A stretch of DNA of 61,078 nucleotides, the filler included, from Sphacelaria rigidula (Eukaryota): the NCBI GenBank assembly GCA_964200075.2. It is 10 parts of 10 records of this genome, joined end to end, with 100 filler letters (N's around TTAATTAATTAA, not from the genome) between each part and the next. Parts side by side here need not be neighbours in the genome. Positions count along the whole stretch, not along the records: positions 12,238 to 18,255 come from CAXNAA020022760.1; positions 18,356 to 24,373 come from CAXNAA020022761.1; positions 24,474 to 30,491 come from CAXNAA020022762.1; 7 more parts are not named here. One strand, written 5' to 3'. A model generated the notes under the pieces. It was not told the DNA's origin. It saw only the letters and a program-made list of their open reading frames with translations, and did not search any database. How positions within the stretch are numbered: position 1 is the first letter of the stretch; the number at the start of each line of letters is the position of its first letter. The position numbers and the translations under genes are program-made. This document shows positions 12,455-25,300 of the stretch, in pieces.

Positions 12455-12921
12455 ACATGTACCAAATTTCGCAGCCTCTGTAAAAACAAAACTGTTCGGG
12501 TTTCCCAACCACATACACATGATTGAGATGGCTCTTGTGGTCTGAGGGAAAGTGGCCGCTTTGGGTCCGTCCACACGTGCGAAGATACTGTATAACAGCA
12601 ATACCAAACGTTCCTGACATTGAGATATCGCAATCAGTACAGAACGGAACATAAATTGACAGCTTAACGTTCTTATTAGAAAGCAACGGGCATTAAACGG
12701 TTTTCAGGTTGGAAAACGCGGCATTTCATAGAGGAGAGCCTACATGTTTCCCCGCGAGTGTTACATGCGATTGCTAGAACTCTGTCGTCCTCCGTTTATA
12801 CCTGGCGGGGGGACAGGAAAGCCACAGTTCCTCAGACCACAAGAGTCATCTTAATCATGTGTATGTAGTTGGGAAAACCGAACTGTTTTCTTTTTACAGA
12901 GGCTGCGAAATTTGGTACATA
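12455..12921. repeat. Foldback/MITE-like long inverted repeat (~105-bp arms)
   Basis: ATGTACCAAATTTCGCAGCCTCTGTAAAAA..CTCTTGTGGTCTGAGG is mirrored at 12818-12921. Confidence 0.8.
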
Positions 12922-14085
12922 ACAGCAAATTGTGCGAATTGAGGTTTAACTCGGAGATGAGGTTCAAGTGTGCAACCCGACTTGCGAACTGTTCGTAGTA
13001 GAAGTGCTGAGGACAAGCTCTTATTCGGAAGAAGTAACCTGTGGAGGTGAACCCGTAATGCGTCATATTCAGTACGTCGAAGAACCGAGAGAAGTAAGTC
13101 GGGTGAGCACTCTTGTTACTCTACACCACAGGGGAAAAGGTGGCACGGATCCCATGTCTTGCGCTAAGCCCCCCCCCCCTCGGGCTGCGCCAGAGCGAGG
13201 GACAACACCTCGATCATGCCCGACAGGGTAGGGGTGGGGGCGCTCGTCAGGCACGACTAAGACGGGCACTGTTCGTGTCTTGGTATCGATCAGCTGCGGG
13301 TTTGTGTTTCCCCCCTCAATAAAAAAGTCGGTTTCAACGCAACATGGATAGCCCATTGCCCACAAGATTCCGTCACGGAAACGACTCGGACACTCCCCTT
13401 TGAACCCTTCCCTTTGGCGAAAAGAATGACGCATTGTCTTTAATCGAATTCGAGAACGCGAGCAGGTGTTCCACGCACGGTGCTACCATCGGTTGCGAAC
13501 GACAAGCGTTGACGCCGTCTACTCTCATCAACGGGTACACCCGGAACAAAACCACGCACAACGTGACAAGACGATGAACCCCCCCCCCTCAAAAACAAAA
13601 ACTCCCTTTTCCAACCTAACCCCAGGAATCTCGTATCCGCAGGTGTGGTATTCTTTTCGGTGTTCCCCAGTTGGTTGCAAGACACGATTTCTGTCGGCAG
13701 ATCATGAGAGGGTGATTACTATCGCAACCGTCTTACCCGGCACCCTTCACCAAGCCTCCCCTCTTCTTCCATGGCGCTGCACACAACGCTGCCAACCTAC
13801 ATACGCTCACTCACCTCCATTTGGACGGTCGAGCAAGGGGTGGTGTGAAATTTACAAGAGGTCGAATTCACAAGCCGAAGGGAATCTCGCCATTATCTGT
13901 ATCGGTCACGAGCGCGCGACGCGCGCCACGGTCAACCCTCTCGGCGCTGCATTGCGGTTGATCAGAGTACGGTGCTACTGTCCACAGAAGCCACTATACG
14001 CGGCGTGTGAACCTCTTGCCCTGCTTTATTGACCAAAACTGGACGTCCAGAACGCTGTCCTTTACAATTATTTACTCTTCTCCTG

Positions 14086-17000
14086 TTATGACTTCGCGAC
14101 AATGATCTCATCCAATACCCCTTTTGGAATCTTGGCCCCGGAATTGAGTCTTCGACATTTACGCCTTGACCAAATCTGACGCCATCCCCTCCACGTCCGG
14201 GGCCACCTTGCGCTTCCTGGTGGTGGTGTCGACCCCAGCCCCGTCACAACTTTCTGTGGTTTTGCAGTCTTCGGTGAGCTCACCCTTCCCGTATTCTCTG
14301 ATGCTGCAATCAGCAGCGCCGCTGCGAACTTTGGAGGTTGCAGGTGACCACCAGCGCACCTGAACGTCGGGCTCACTGCCGACCGTCTCTCGTACGTCGA
14401 TCACCTTGCCCACCAAAAACGGGGCTTCGTCGACGAGGAAGAAAACGAATTCTCCCTTAAAGAATGAGGGAATGTTGGGTTGCTCACCAGGGACGGCGCC
14501 ACCGCTGGTGCCCGCCCCACCGTGCCCACACACCCCGGAGTACTGAACGACACCCCCCGACGTGTCATGAAGAGAAGTGTCCAGCTCCCTACCCGACACA
14601 TCGCCGAGACTATATTCATCTGTCCTCGTGTCCTCTTTCGCCGCCCCTTGGGCTGGCTGCACGTCGTTGCGCCGCAGCCAGTGGCAAGGAAGATTCCAAG
14701 GCACGGAGCCCTTTGCGTCGAGTAGTCTGTGGGAGGTAGCCATTTCGTTTTTGACTGTCTCCTGCCTCTCCAAATCTGCGAGCACGCGTCCGGTCTGATG
14801 GGATCAGGGGCGGCCCGTGTGCGACCTCCTCGTGGTTTTGATTCGGCAAGATGATTGATTTATTCATCGCCGCGCAGAAGATGATCTCCCAGCAATCGAG
14901 CCGTGGTAAAATTATCGACAACCGGAACTGGAACACTCCTTGGATAAAAGTGAAGGAGAATCATATACAAACCGTTAAAAAAAAGGGTTGGTAACAAACT
15001 CAGAACTACATAAAGCAGGAAAAAATATAAATACCCAAACTGAAATAGAGGTTGACGGCCTTTGCAGCCTGCCTCTTGCGTAACACGATGTGCGCAGAAG
15101 TACACACTCGTACGTAGTCGACAAAAACCAAAAAAACTGTGTGAACAGAGGACGGCAGGTCTACTCTGACCGCCCTATCTGCAAATAAAACTGTCAGTAC
15201 TGAACCCTCCGGAAATAAACCCTCAGCCGCAACTTGGGTACCCCGGGGTAACGCAGAGACGCCATGTTGAGTCAAAACAAAGCCCACTTTCCCTATCCCT
15301 GTATTGTACTCTTAGGTACTTTGGTTGCCCGAGGGCTCGCTGTCTACCTTGCGTTAGGGTTGTGCTCCATTGCTAAGCGTCATTGTTTTGACAAAAACAA
15401 ATAACGTGCTGAGAGGATAGAGAATAACGAGCCTATAAACGATTACACCCTTTTGACATAATGCCATACAGCGGGTACAGACTCAAGGTCCGAGCACATC
15501 GTGAGACCACTGACCAAGGACTAAATCACCACCGGTTGCTAAAGTCGGGGATGCGTCAAACGGAGCAATTATGACAACAAGGTGGGAAGCGATAGCAAAA
15601 ACCGTGCACGCGCGACCATACGAGGATAGTTTGGGCGACACAATATAAAGACGGGGAATCTCCGGTGTACGCGCACCCAGGGGGTAGAGGGGCGCCAGGC
15701 GACAGTGCACGGCATTATAGCGAGCCAGAACGCATGCCCGCGCGACGGCATCGACGAACTTCAGGTTGAAGGGAGGCGCTAACTCCATATCTGGGATACC
15801 CGCTCGGAAAAGTAAGTGTGGAGGGCCTTCGAAGACACCGGGAGCCGTCATCCCGGTGAAGAAAGGCTTGTGCATGTACTGCTTCATACCAACGCTGACC
15901 TGGGCCGGCTCCGCAGGCCGGATCTCGAACGACCGCGGCGACGTTATGCCAACGATGGGAAACACGCGACCGCCGTCTATCAGGGCCCCTTTATAGTTGC
16001 CCAAGGAGCGGAGAGTGGTGGTGTAGACGGGCAGGCTCGTGTACGCGGCACTGAAGGCCTCTGCCTGCTGTTGCCTCGTGAACAGGCAAGAGCCCTTGCA
16101 GTGTATAGTGATCCTGTTAAACGTAATTATGTACCAAAAGTGGTTATCAATGACATACTTCCACCTACACACTAACCCTTTGATGTCAAAAGTAACTCGT
16201 GACATCGAAATGTGTCTGGACACTCATGTACTGTGCAACCATATCTTCTTACCCCTGTGAGAGTCGTACTGATACCGTACGTAATTTGACATCGGAAAAG
16301 ACCACCCGCGTGTCGGCATTATTTGCAGGACTTACTCCGGGATTTTATTTCGAATTTTGAATGGGTTAGGGTTATATTCTGTTTTTCAATTCGATATCGA
16401 TCTTCAATTTCGACGCACACTTCTTTGTACACACCTCGAGAAGACCTGGTCGATCATGATGTGAGTGTGTCCGACCATCATGAAGTTGACCTCAACCTGT
16501 CCGATTATGTATCGAGCAACCAGAGAACCCAGGTACGTTAAAACGATATGGTTCTTGTTCTCGCCCACGCAGTTGTCGAATTGGGCGTACAGTTCGTCGA
16601 TGTACGCTAGGGTGCCGTCGCTGCAGTGCGTGTCGAACAGTCGCGTCAGTGCCCGGTGAATGGAGGTGCATATAAGATTGCTACCTGCGAAACAAGTACA
16701 CGGCAAGGTGGTGGTGGGATGGCAGGACGGGCAGTGTGCGATGTTCGTTAGGTTTGTGGAAGAAATACTGTGGTGGACTGCGGTGCAGTGTGCTGTACCG
16801 AACCACGCGCCTCGGCGGTAGACGTATGGAACGATAGGGAGATGGAGATTTACTCGACAGAATTTCGATGCGTACTCGCGTCGAAACATTTGATATCGAT
16901 GGGTCGCCGCAGGTACGAGCCGAGAAAATATAATGGTCGGGAAATATCCTCCCCTTGACTGATTCGATACACCTACGGCTGCTTTGGATGCTATTCGTGG

Positions 17001-17330
17001 CGTAATCTCACAAATTGCGTATCCTCGTTTTGCCGGTGACATGGCGAGCTGCGGACAATTTCAACGAGAAGACGACTCACATGCAAGTGCACCTTCTGCT
17101 CCATAGCGACCTCCATCAAAATTGCCGGGGTCAGCGGGGACCCTCACACCAGAACTTCCATTAAGGGTGTCATGGTATAAAGTGCACGCGTTACACTTCA
17201 TGAATGTGCCGCCGACCTTGGCCTTGTAGTGGGGTCGATCCTTGCGCATCGTGGTGTAAAAATAGCTAAGACTTGCGGCCACTCCCCCTCCCGTACTACG
17301 AATATCCTCCACGAACGCATCGTACACTTC
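14086..17330 (-). pseudogene. Intron-containing Sola-like (DUF7869-type) DNA transposase, degenerate
   Basis: Exon 16684-16435 encodes AQFDNCVGENKN...FMMVGHTHIMIDQVFS. Upstream FMKCNAC; downstream GITSPRSFEIR..MKQY and a C-terminal block at 14086-14785. Canonical splice sites at several boundaries. Confidence 0.75.
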
Positions 17331-18255
17331 CTGTCATTGGGGATGTAAAGTGGTCGCGTGTTTCGAAAGATCGTGCGCAGGAAATTGAGCCCGCAACGCC
17401 GGATAGTTGCGCTATACGGCTAGGAAAATGTGCGCGCGCATGAAGTTGTTAGTGCAACATCAGCGTGCGCATGAAGCCAAACAACGAGCACAAAAGCGCG
17501 GTGAGCTGCGTCCTGGGCGCGGCGCGTATATCTGTACTGTCATCCACCGCATTGCCTCTTTCTGCGACGCTATTCGCAGGGGGAATGGATCCGACTGTTG
17601 ACCTGAATCAGATAGCACGCGATATCGATAATTGGGGATGACTATGTTATTGAGGTTGACCCTTGGGAACCTTCGTAAGCATCACTACATTTCCGCGATA
17701 CAAAAAAGAATCTGCCCTCTCCGGTTGTGCCGTGTAGCGTGGCTCCTCCTGAACAAAAGTCCGTCTGCAATTGTGAAATCCTGTACTTACACGAAACAAG
17801 TTAATTCTCCGATCCTTCCTGTATTTTACACTGCTCTTGCATTCCAGAATCCCCTGAAAAACACGGGCTTTTACAAACGACCGGCGATTTCTCCCATGAT
17901 GAGCGACGCCACACATTACAGCCGGAGAGTGCATTTGTAATTTTATTTCGAAAACATTTCGATGCTTGTGACAGTTCCCAAGCTTATTCCTCCATACAAA
18001 CTGTGCTCAATTTCCGAAATCGCGTGATAGATGCGCTAAGGGGTAGTCGATGGCCCAGCAATTTGAATTAGAATCGGAGACTATGATCACCGTCGGGGAT
18101 CGAAGTGATCCAGGTTCGTACCTCTAGCCCGACAAAAACACAAATCGAGACGATATTTACCAACTGCTACTTCAAATGTTTTGGCAAAAAACACACAAAC
18201 GAAACTAAAATAAGACGCGGTTTACCGTGAGTGATGCCGCGAGAGCCCCCCCCCC

Positions 18256-18355
18256 NNNNNNNNNNNNNNNNNNNNNNNNNNNNNNNNNNNNNNNNNNNNT
18301 TAATTAATTAANNNNNNNNNNNNNNNNNNNNNNNNNNNNNNNNNNNNNNNNNNNN
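18256..18355. other. Artificial scaffold linker
   Basis: 44N-TTAATTAATTAA-44N. Confidence 0.98.
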
Positions 18356-18677
18356 ATCGTAGGATGACTCTTACCAGGCATCACTTATTGAGTAGAGACC
18401 TGCGCAATCGATCGAAGGCTGTGTGCAATGGAAGGAGGGAACTCCACTCACACCTCTATGGTTGGAAATACGGGATATGGGCCCGCTTCGGCTGCACCCA
18501 ATTTTCGGCTGCATCCATGGGACCCGGAAACTTTCTCATCTCCGGTAGCGTATCCGAGCTTGAGTGCTCGTTCCCTCTTGTTCAACCCTGCGTTGGGTTC
18601 TGCACCTGTGGGGCACTCACCCGGGAGGATACGCGTCTGATGGCGTAGATTCAGTGACGGGGTGTGTTGGGTATCAC

Positions 18678-18878
18678 TTACTTCGAAAATGCTAATTCAC
18701 GCATTTCCCTTCTGCTGAACTCCAACCACTCACCGTTCGGGTAATTCACTCGCCAGTATGGATCAAGGTAATCATATACCTCGCCTGTCCCTACTCCTTC
18801 GCCTACTCCGTCGTCCGCAGAACGCCTTACCTGTGTTCCTATCGGGTACATAATCAGCGCCTCGTCCCTGTATTTGTC
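18678..18878 (-). CDS. Tudor-like module at the pol C-terminus (YPIGTQVRR...GEVYDYLDPYWRVNYPNGEWLEF), frameshifted from upstream
   Basis: Manual translation shows a GxxVxxx..GxVxxY..(W/Y)xVxYxxGxxxE pattern typical of Tudor/SH3-like barrels. Ends at TAA 18678. Confidence 0.55.
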   Translation of the reverse strand, partial: DKYRDEALIMYPIGTQVRRSADDGVGEGVGTGEVYDYLDPYWRVNYPNGEWLEFSRREMRELAFSK

Positions 18879-19321
18879 TGTGTGGACTCGTCCCTGTTAC
18901 ATTGTGGGTAGGGTCTCACCAACGAGTGATACATGTCCCATATGGCATGAAACACATCTAGTTGGAGGGGGGAAAAGCTGTCCAACACTTCCGCTTCCGT
19001 CAGCCAGTCGGATTCCTGTCCATCCTGATTCCTGCCTTTATACTCTCACACCGTTGGTGTAGGTGCCGCGATTGTACTTTTGCTGTTTGTTAGTGTGTAC
19101 AGAGGTGAGGCTACTGTAGATATGTCAGCGAGTCCTAGGTCCGGTCCCCAAGCTAGCTGGGCGAACTCATCCTCCATTGCGTGTCTCAGTTCAGGTCGAC
19201 GGTGATGAAACAGTTCAAGAGCCGTGGTGGAGACGGTCCTGTGGCGTAGTTTCCTTCCTTGCATCGATACCTCTACACTGATTCCCGAAATAGGGATTGC
19301 TGTTACCTCCCACGGTCCCGT

Positions 19322-20309
19322 CTATTTTTCGTGTGTTAGTTTTTGGTGCTGACCATCCCTATGCAACGTACTTTCCAGTTCTCGAGCTAGCATCAGATCT
19401 CCTATTTTAGCCGACGTTCCTGGGGAGTGCCGTGTGATTTTTGTGTCAAGTCTCTGTTTTTCTTTTTGTTTGTTCTGCTGTCTTGTTTCCAGGACCCGCT
19501 TAACCTGGTCTAGTTTTCGTTTCCTCTGTTCAACGAGATTGTCCAGGCCTGTCGCGGAGTCATCACCGTCCATCTGTGGTACTAGGATGTCTAGAGTGGT
19601 TCTAGGATCTCGGCCGAAAAATATTTGAAACGGGGATATGTTGGAAGGGACGGATGGGTCTGGAAGTGTACGTTTGATCCAGCATGCTGGATCCACGTAC
19701 TTGTCCCACCTGTCAGGCCATGATTTGCATAGTTCGGAAAGTGTGTCATGCATCCAAGCCCCCGCCCTTTCAACTGCCCCATGACCTCTCGGATGTTCTG
19801 CGGGTCCGTAGTCCAGAGATACCCTAAGCCATCTGCATAGATCCCTTACTACACTTGCTGCGAACTCTCCCCCTTTGTCGCTGCGGATAGATCTGGGTAT
19901 GCCGAATGTTAGACAGAGGTTTAACAGGATGCGGGCTACCGGTGCTGACTCCTTCGTAGGTGCGGGATATGCGAAGAGAAACTTCGAAACTCGGTCGACG
20001 ATCAGTAGTATGTATCGATTGCCTGATGCGGATGTCCAATGCATATCCTGAAAGTCGATTTCTAGCACATCCCAGGGGAGTCGAAATCGGCTCGGTAGCA
20101 TTGCCACCTGTTGAGTTCGTGCTCTTTTCCTGCGTCTGCAGCCGCACGAGAGAACGTAGTCACGGCAGTCTTTGTTCATACTGTTCCAGTGAAAATGATT
20201 TCGTGGCAGGATCGTGGTGTGCGCTACTCCCGTGTGTCCGTAGTGTGCGTGTACAAGTGATACTAGGTCAGGAACAAGCCGTCGTGGAATGGCTAGCGTT
20301 GGTCTATTC
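19322..20309 (-). CDS. Gypsy integrase (zinc-binding region plus catalytic core), disrupted
   Basis: HAHYGH..C, LEIDF, IRSDKGGEF and GAVER motifs. Confidence 0.9.
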
Positions 20310-20514
20310 CAAGGGTAGGTCGAGTAGAGTATACTCAATTGCGGGGTATTTTGAAAGATGTACTGGTGGTACTCAAATTAGGGTAGAGTGTTGGGAGTCG
20401 TACCCAAAATATAACTGGAATGCGATCCCTAAAACCCTACCCCCAATTTATGTACTTCAAGTTCGACTTTAAAAATACCCCGCAATCGAGTATACTCTAC
20501 TCGACCTGCCCTTG
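20310..20514. mobile_element. hAT-type MITE (205 bp) inserted in Gypsy pol
   Basis: ~45-bp TIRs CAAGGG(T/C)AGGTCGAGTAGAGTATACTC. Perfect 8-bp TSD GTCTATTC at 20302-20309 and 20515-20522. Confidence 0.92.
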
Positions 20515-23500
20515 GTCTATTCTTATTTCCGGTGTGCCACAACAGGCTACGGTCGTCTATGATGTAGCTATCTGATGTAGTTCCTGATGCCTTTTCCGTC
20601 TCGTTGAGTAGAGAAGCTCGGATCTGGCTCAGGTGAGGGTCGTTTTTCTGGTTCTCGATTAGGCTGGGTAAATCAGATAGAGTATTGATCGCTCTGTTGA
20701 TGACTGAGTCGTGACTATTGGGTGAGCCACTTATGGAGTGGATGTTCTTGTGTTCCTCGACGATAACCGGACTCGATTCCTGGCTGCTCGACAGGGTCCG
20801 CTGGGAGTCTGTATCGGTCGGGGGGATGCTCTGCGGGACTGAAATGGGTTCGTCGGTTATGAAATCCTTGAGTCTGACAGAACGGGTGCGGGCTCTGTTA
20901 GATCTGCGTGGTTCATTTTGGACGTCATCATGCAGCGCTGCCACCTTTTCTCGGGCGAATGGCATTTCCGACAGCTGAGTCATTGTTCCACTTACTTCCG
21001 CTTCATGTGTTTGTGTGTCAGATATCTGGCCCGGTTCTTGCTGTGTGAATTCATTTGTAGGGGAGTCCTTGCTGTCTGTCGGGGCTGTCATCGACCACAA
21101 CGCTGTGATGGAAGCAGATCCCACCAGTATCCCTTTCTCTTCCCCTAGTTGGCTCAAGAGGCCTCCGTCCAACACCGGTCCTTGCGGGCCCTTCGTGCAC
21201 CGGTCGGAGTTTAGGGTGGAGTCATCCGGAAAAGCGTCGTCAACATCTGTACCTAATGCGGTGTTGCCAAATAGGCGGAATAAAGCATCGGGGAGTTGGT
21301 GGCATGTGCCTGCTCTCCAGCGTAGCGTCATGTCGTACTCCATCAATCGTAGGGCCCATCGATGTAATTTGGGGTCGAGATCTCTACTTCTGAATAACCA
21401 GAGTAGTGCGCTGCAATCTGTAACGAGGTCAAATCTCCTACCTGTAATATATGGTCTGAAGTGTCCCGTCGCCCACAATATGGCCATGCATTCTCGATGC
21501 GTTGCTGCCCTCAGTGAGTCTGTACGCGAGAACCGACGACTAGCTTATGCTACTACCTTCTCGACGCCATCTATCGTTCGTCACAGTGTCGCGCCAGCCC
21601 CCAACATACTCGCATCGGTGTGTAGGGTGAAGGGGTGTTCCCACGAGGGGTGTGCTATAACCGGTGGGGATATGAGTGCCTCTTTCAACTTGTCGAAAGC
21701 TTGTTGCTTTCCGTCGTCCCAAGGGATTTTCAGTTTTCTAGCGCGTTTTGACTGAAAGCGGGGATCACATAGGACGTCGGTCAGGGGGGCCGCGATAATG
21801 CTGTAATGGTCGACGAATGATCGCATGTAACCGGTCATGCCGAGGAAAGCCCGTAGCTCTTCTACCGTGTTCGGGAGTGAGAGTTTAATGACTGCCTCGA
21901 TGTTGGATGGGGCTGGACGTCTTCGCTCGCGGTCGACTACCATCCCCAGGAATTCCTGGTTAGGCATGCACCATGACAACTTTGCAAAGTTGACAGAGTA
22001 TTTCGCTTGCAACAGAGCCGAGAGAACTTTCCGTGTTAGGTATAGGTGTTCAGAGAGTGTTTTGCTGAAGATGATGATGTCGTCCAACCATACCTGAACT
22101 CCTTTACCTAAAAGGGAGCCTAGGGGTTTGGATATACCTCTGGTGAAGCCAGATGGGAGGTTTTTCAATCCGAAGCTACATCTTTTGTATTCTCAAAGTT
22201 GGTCGAGGGCGTCTCTGAAGGCTGTTTTGTGTTTGTCATTCTCCTCGATTTCGAGGTGAAAGTACCCTGAGGCGAGATCTAATATGGAAAAATATTTGTG
22301 ACCTCTTAACTTGTCGTGTGTGCTCTCGATGTCCCCCAGACCCCCGCTGTCTGTTTCCGTGAGATCATTCAGTTCCCTGTAGTCATGGCACAGGCGTAGT
22401 GTGCAGTCTTTTTTTGGTACCGCGAGTGGTCTTGCTGCCCATTCCGACTCTGATCGACGAATAATACCTTGCTAGTACAGGTTTTCTACTTCGGCTTGTA
22501 TTGCTTCAGTTTCGGCGGGTGAAAAACGTCGCTGCTATGTTGCCACAGGTTTACATCGTTCATCTCTCAACGGAATACAAATCGTACCTTGGTCGCAGGG
22601 GCGGACTTTTTTCGGGTCTGCTGGGAAGATTCCTTGATGTCGGAACTCGTCTAGCAGTGATAAAAGCTTTTGTTTTTCAGGGGTGCTGAGCTGTCCGAGG
22701 TTGGCGTCATTGGGATTGGACATGATTGTGTTCTCGTCCGTCTCTTTTCGTTCCTCGTTGACTTCATGTGACGTCCATGTTTGTGTATAGTGTGATGTGT
22801 CGTCCTCGCTGTTTTCGGGGTTAGATGGGAAGAAAAGCGCGTGGAAGCGTTCCTCGTCATCGATATTGACCGCCACTATCTGTGCTATCTGTTTTCTTGC
22901 CTCGATGAGGCTCTGGCTGGGGCTTCTGTTCACTATCTTGCATACCACGGGTGTACCTGGCTCCCACCACTGAATACCTCTCGCTACGCCTAGCACGGCA
23001 CCTTTCTCTAAATCGTAATCCTCGGTAGGTAGTAGTATCAGTACCAGTTGCCGTACTTGAGAGAGGGGACCCTTAGTGCGTCCCTCTACTGCTGTGCTGA
23101 CAAAGCCTGGTAGTTGCAGCGGCGAGGGTAGGGAGAATGCCCACTGCAGAGTACTGTCGTCTTCCCAAACTGCCTTACCCATGAATGTGTTACCTACTAT
23201 CCTGTCTGTGATGGTTGCGATGGAGGCGTTGAAGGCGTCTAGTGTAGACGGGGTGTACAGCTCTGGTTCTTCAACTTCTTCCTCGGGTATGACAGAACAG
23301 AACGTGTCCCATAATACCTCGGCTACGTCAGGTGTAACCTTCGGATTATCGACGCTTGTACACCTTCTGCCGATAACGGGGCTGATTCCGATGGTGTGCC
23401 ATTTGTTGTGACACTCTGGGCTTCTGTGGTGATCTATTCTACGTCAGACATTTTCTCCGAACCATTTGATGCTTGAATGTCTTTCGCAGCCAACGCGGTC

Positions 23501-24373
23501 GCACTTGATGGTTTAGTATTAGGGGAGAGTATCGAGCTACGGGTGTCGAGCGGTATCCATGGTGCGTCGGGTGTGGGGCGGAATCCTTGATGTTTGTCAA
23601 ATGATAGGACGCTTGAGTTTTGCGGAAGAATGCAGCGCCCAGTACCAGTGCGAATGGAAAGCCCTTGACTACACGTACTGCGATGTTGCGTACTTTATCT
23701 TCCGGGGGAAAGATGACTGGTATTGTAGAGGAGCCTAGAATATCCATCGGTGGTGCCTTGTTTTCCCCCGGGTTTGCTGCCCTCAACGCGCCTGCACCTC
23801 TCTTATCTAGTTGGCGATCCGGTATTCCTCCCCACTTACAAATCGACTGCCAGAAAGTACCGGACACATAGTTTCCCCCACCAACACCCGTGTCCAATAG
23901 GACGGAGACAGGAAGTCGCATGCTCAACTTATGGGGATGCCAGATTTTTGCCTGTACCCAAGCTTGTGCTTTGCGGTTCTTGTTGGTGGCAATACGTTCG
24001 GCGGCCGCCGCAACTTCTTATCTTTCTTCGACCGTTGGTACGTGGCTAGACTCGCTGCCTGCTGGATTTGTACTAATGGAGGGTTTCGGGGACGGCATAT
24101 CGTTGAGGTTCCCCGGGAGTGAGGTACTAACCGGGGCGCACCTTCAGGTGGTGTGCTCTGCTCTGTCTTCGTGTTCGCTCTCAAATTCGAGTCCGGTAAT
24201 AGCGGAAATCATTTCAAGTTGCTCAGGGGTCACCGTGATGCGGCGTTTTTTGTTGGGTTGTTCTGATTCGTCAGCTTGGTGTGTGCGTTTCGCGCCTCCT
24301 GGTTGTGATCGGTATGTCTGAGAGTAAAAGCCCCTCGGTAAGATATTTACCTCGTGTATGTAGGGGCACCGTG

Positions 24374-24473
24374 NNNNNNNNNNNNNNNNNNNNNNNNNNN
24401 NNNNNNNNNNNNNNNNNTTAATTAATTAANNNNNNNNNNNNNNNNNNNNNNNNNNNNNNNNNNNNNNNNNNNN
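24374..24473. other. Artificial scaffold linker
   Basis: 44N-TTAATTAATTAA-44N. Confidence 0.98.
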
Positions 24474-25300
24474 CGGCTCGTGCGTCTACGCCGTCGTACG
24501 GCGGCGTTGGCGAGGTGCCGGTGTGGATGATGGGGGGGGGGGGTTGACAATGTGAGAGAACAATTGAAAAGAAAACGGCTCGTGACTAGACCTTACTTCG
24601 TGTTCACCTAAAACCAGAATGTATGCGCTTGTACCAGACTGAATGTGCATGAAATCTAGAACGTGTACATAGCAAACAGAGTTGAGCTGAATTTACCACA
24701 AATCGTAAAGCAAGTCTCCAGAATCAACTGATGTTGCTGAGCACTTTCCACTCGCGCCCTCGCACTGTCGCCGCTTCTCGTGTGCACCCTATCTTCTCGG
24801 TAGAAGTGATCATCCCTCTGAGGAAAACAGACCACCACCGTTGCCGTTGACTGGCCGTTCCCGAAGACCCATGCTTGCGGCGGAGTGAGACGGGCATTGG
24901 AACGACCACAAGTTCGCGGGTGCACATTTTCCCGGGAGGATGGAACAGGCTTTTTTCTCCCATGAAGCATGCGCTAACGTGAAGTGGGGGGTTTGTACCA
25001 TCGCAATCAATGTCACACATCATGATGGTGTATGGTCACAACCAACCGTACCACTTCAGACGTGATTTTATGGGGAAATTATAATAGTAATTAGGCGTGT
25101 TGTCGGCATGATGTGTTTTGGACTTTGTTGTTAAAAACTATGCATACGAGGGAATATCATTTCCGCTAAGGTTAGCGTCCGGTCCGTGCATCAGTCACTA
25201 ATTTTACTTCAAGCTAGCTAAAACCTGTGCGTATCATTGTTTTGGCCGGCCATTGTTCATCCCGCACCACGCAGCATTTCTTCGGGCCGTACACTTGTAC

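Larger units (their letters stand above)
18678..24373 (-). mobile_element. pol: Ty3/Gypsy retrotransposon internal region, decayed pol (PR-RT-RH-IN-chromo-like-Tudor-like)
   Basis: Protease LLDTG (~23900). RT motifs LDLASGYFH, FGLKN and WLDD (21600-22500). RNase H TDAS/VTDC. Integrase HHCC-like region plus D-D-E core (19322-20300). Stops and frameshifts present. Confidence 0.95.

Noticed and set aside
20560..21250. Extra enzyme domain (e.g. DNA methyltransferase) between Gypsy RNase H and integrase
   Set aside because: The long insert is S/T/P/E-rich and looks disordered, with no catalytic motifs.
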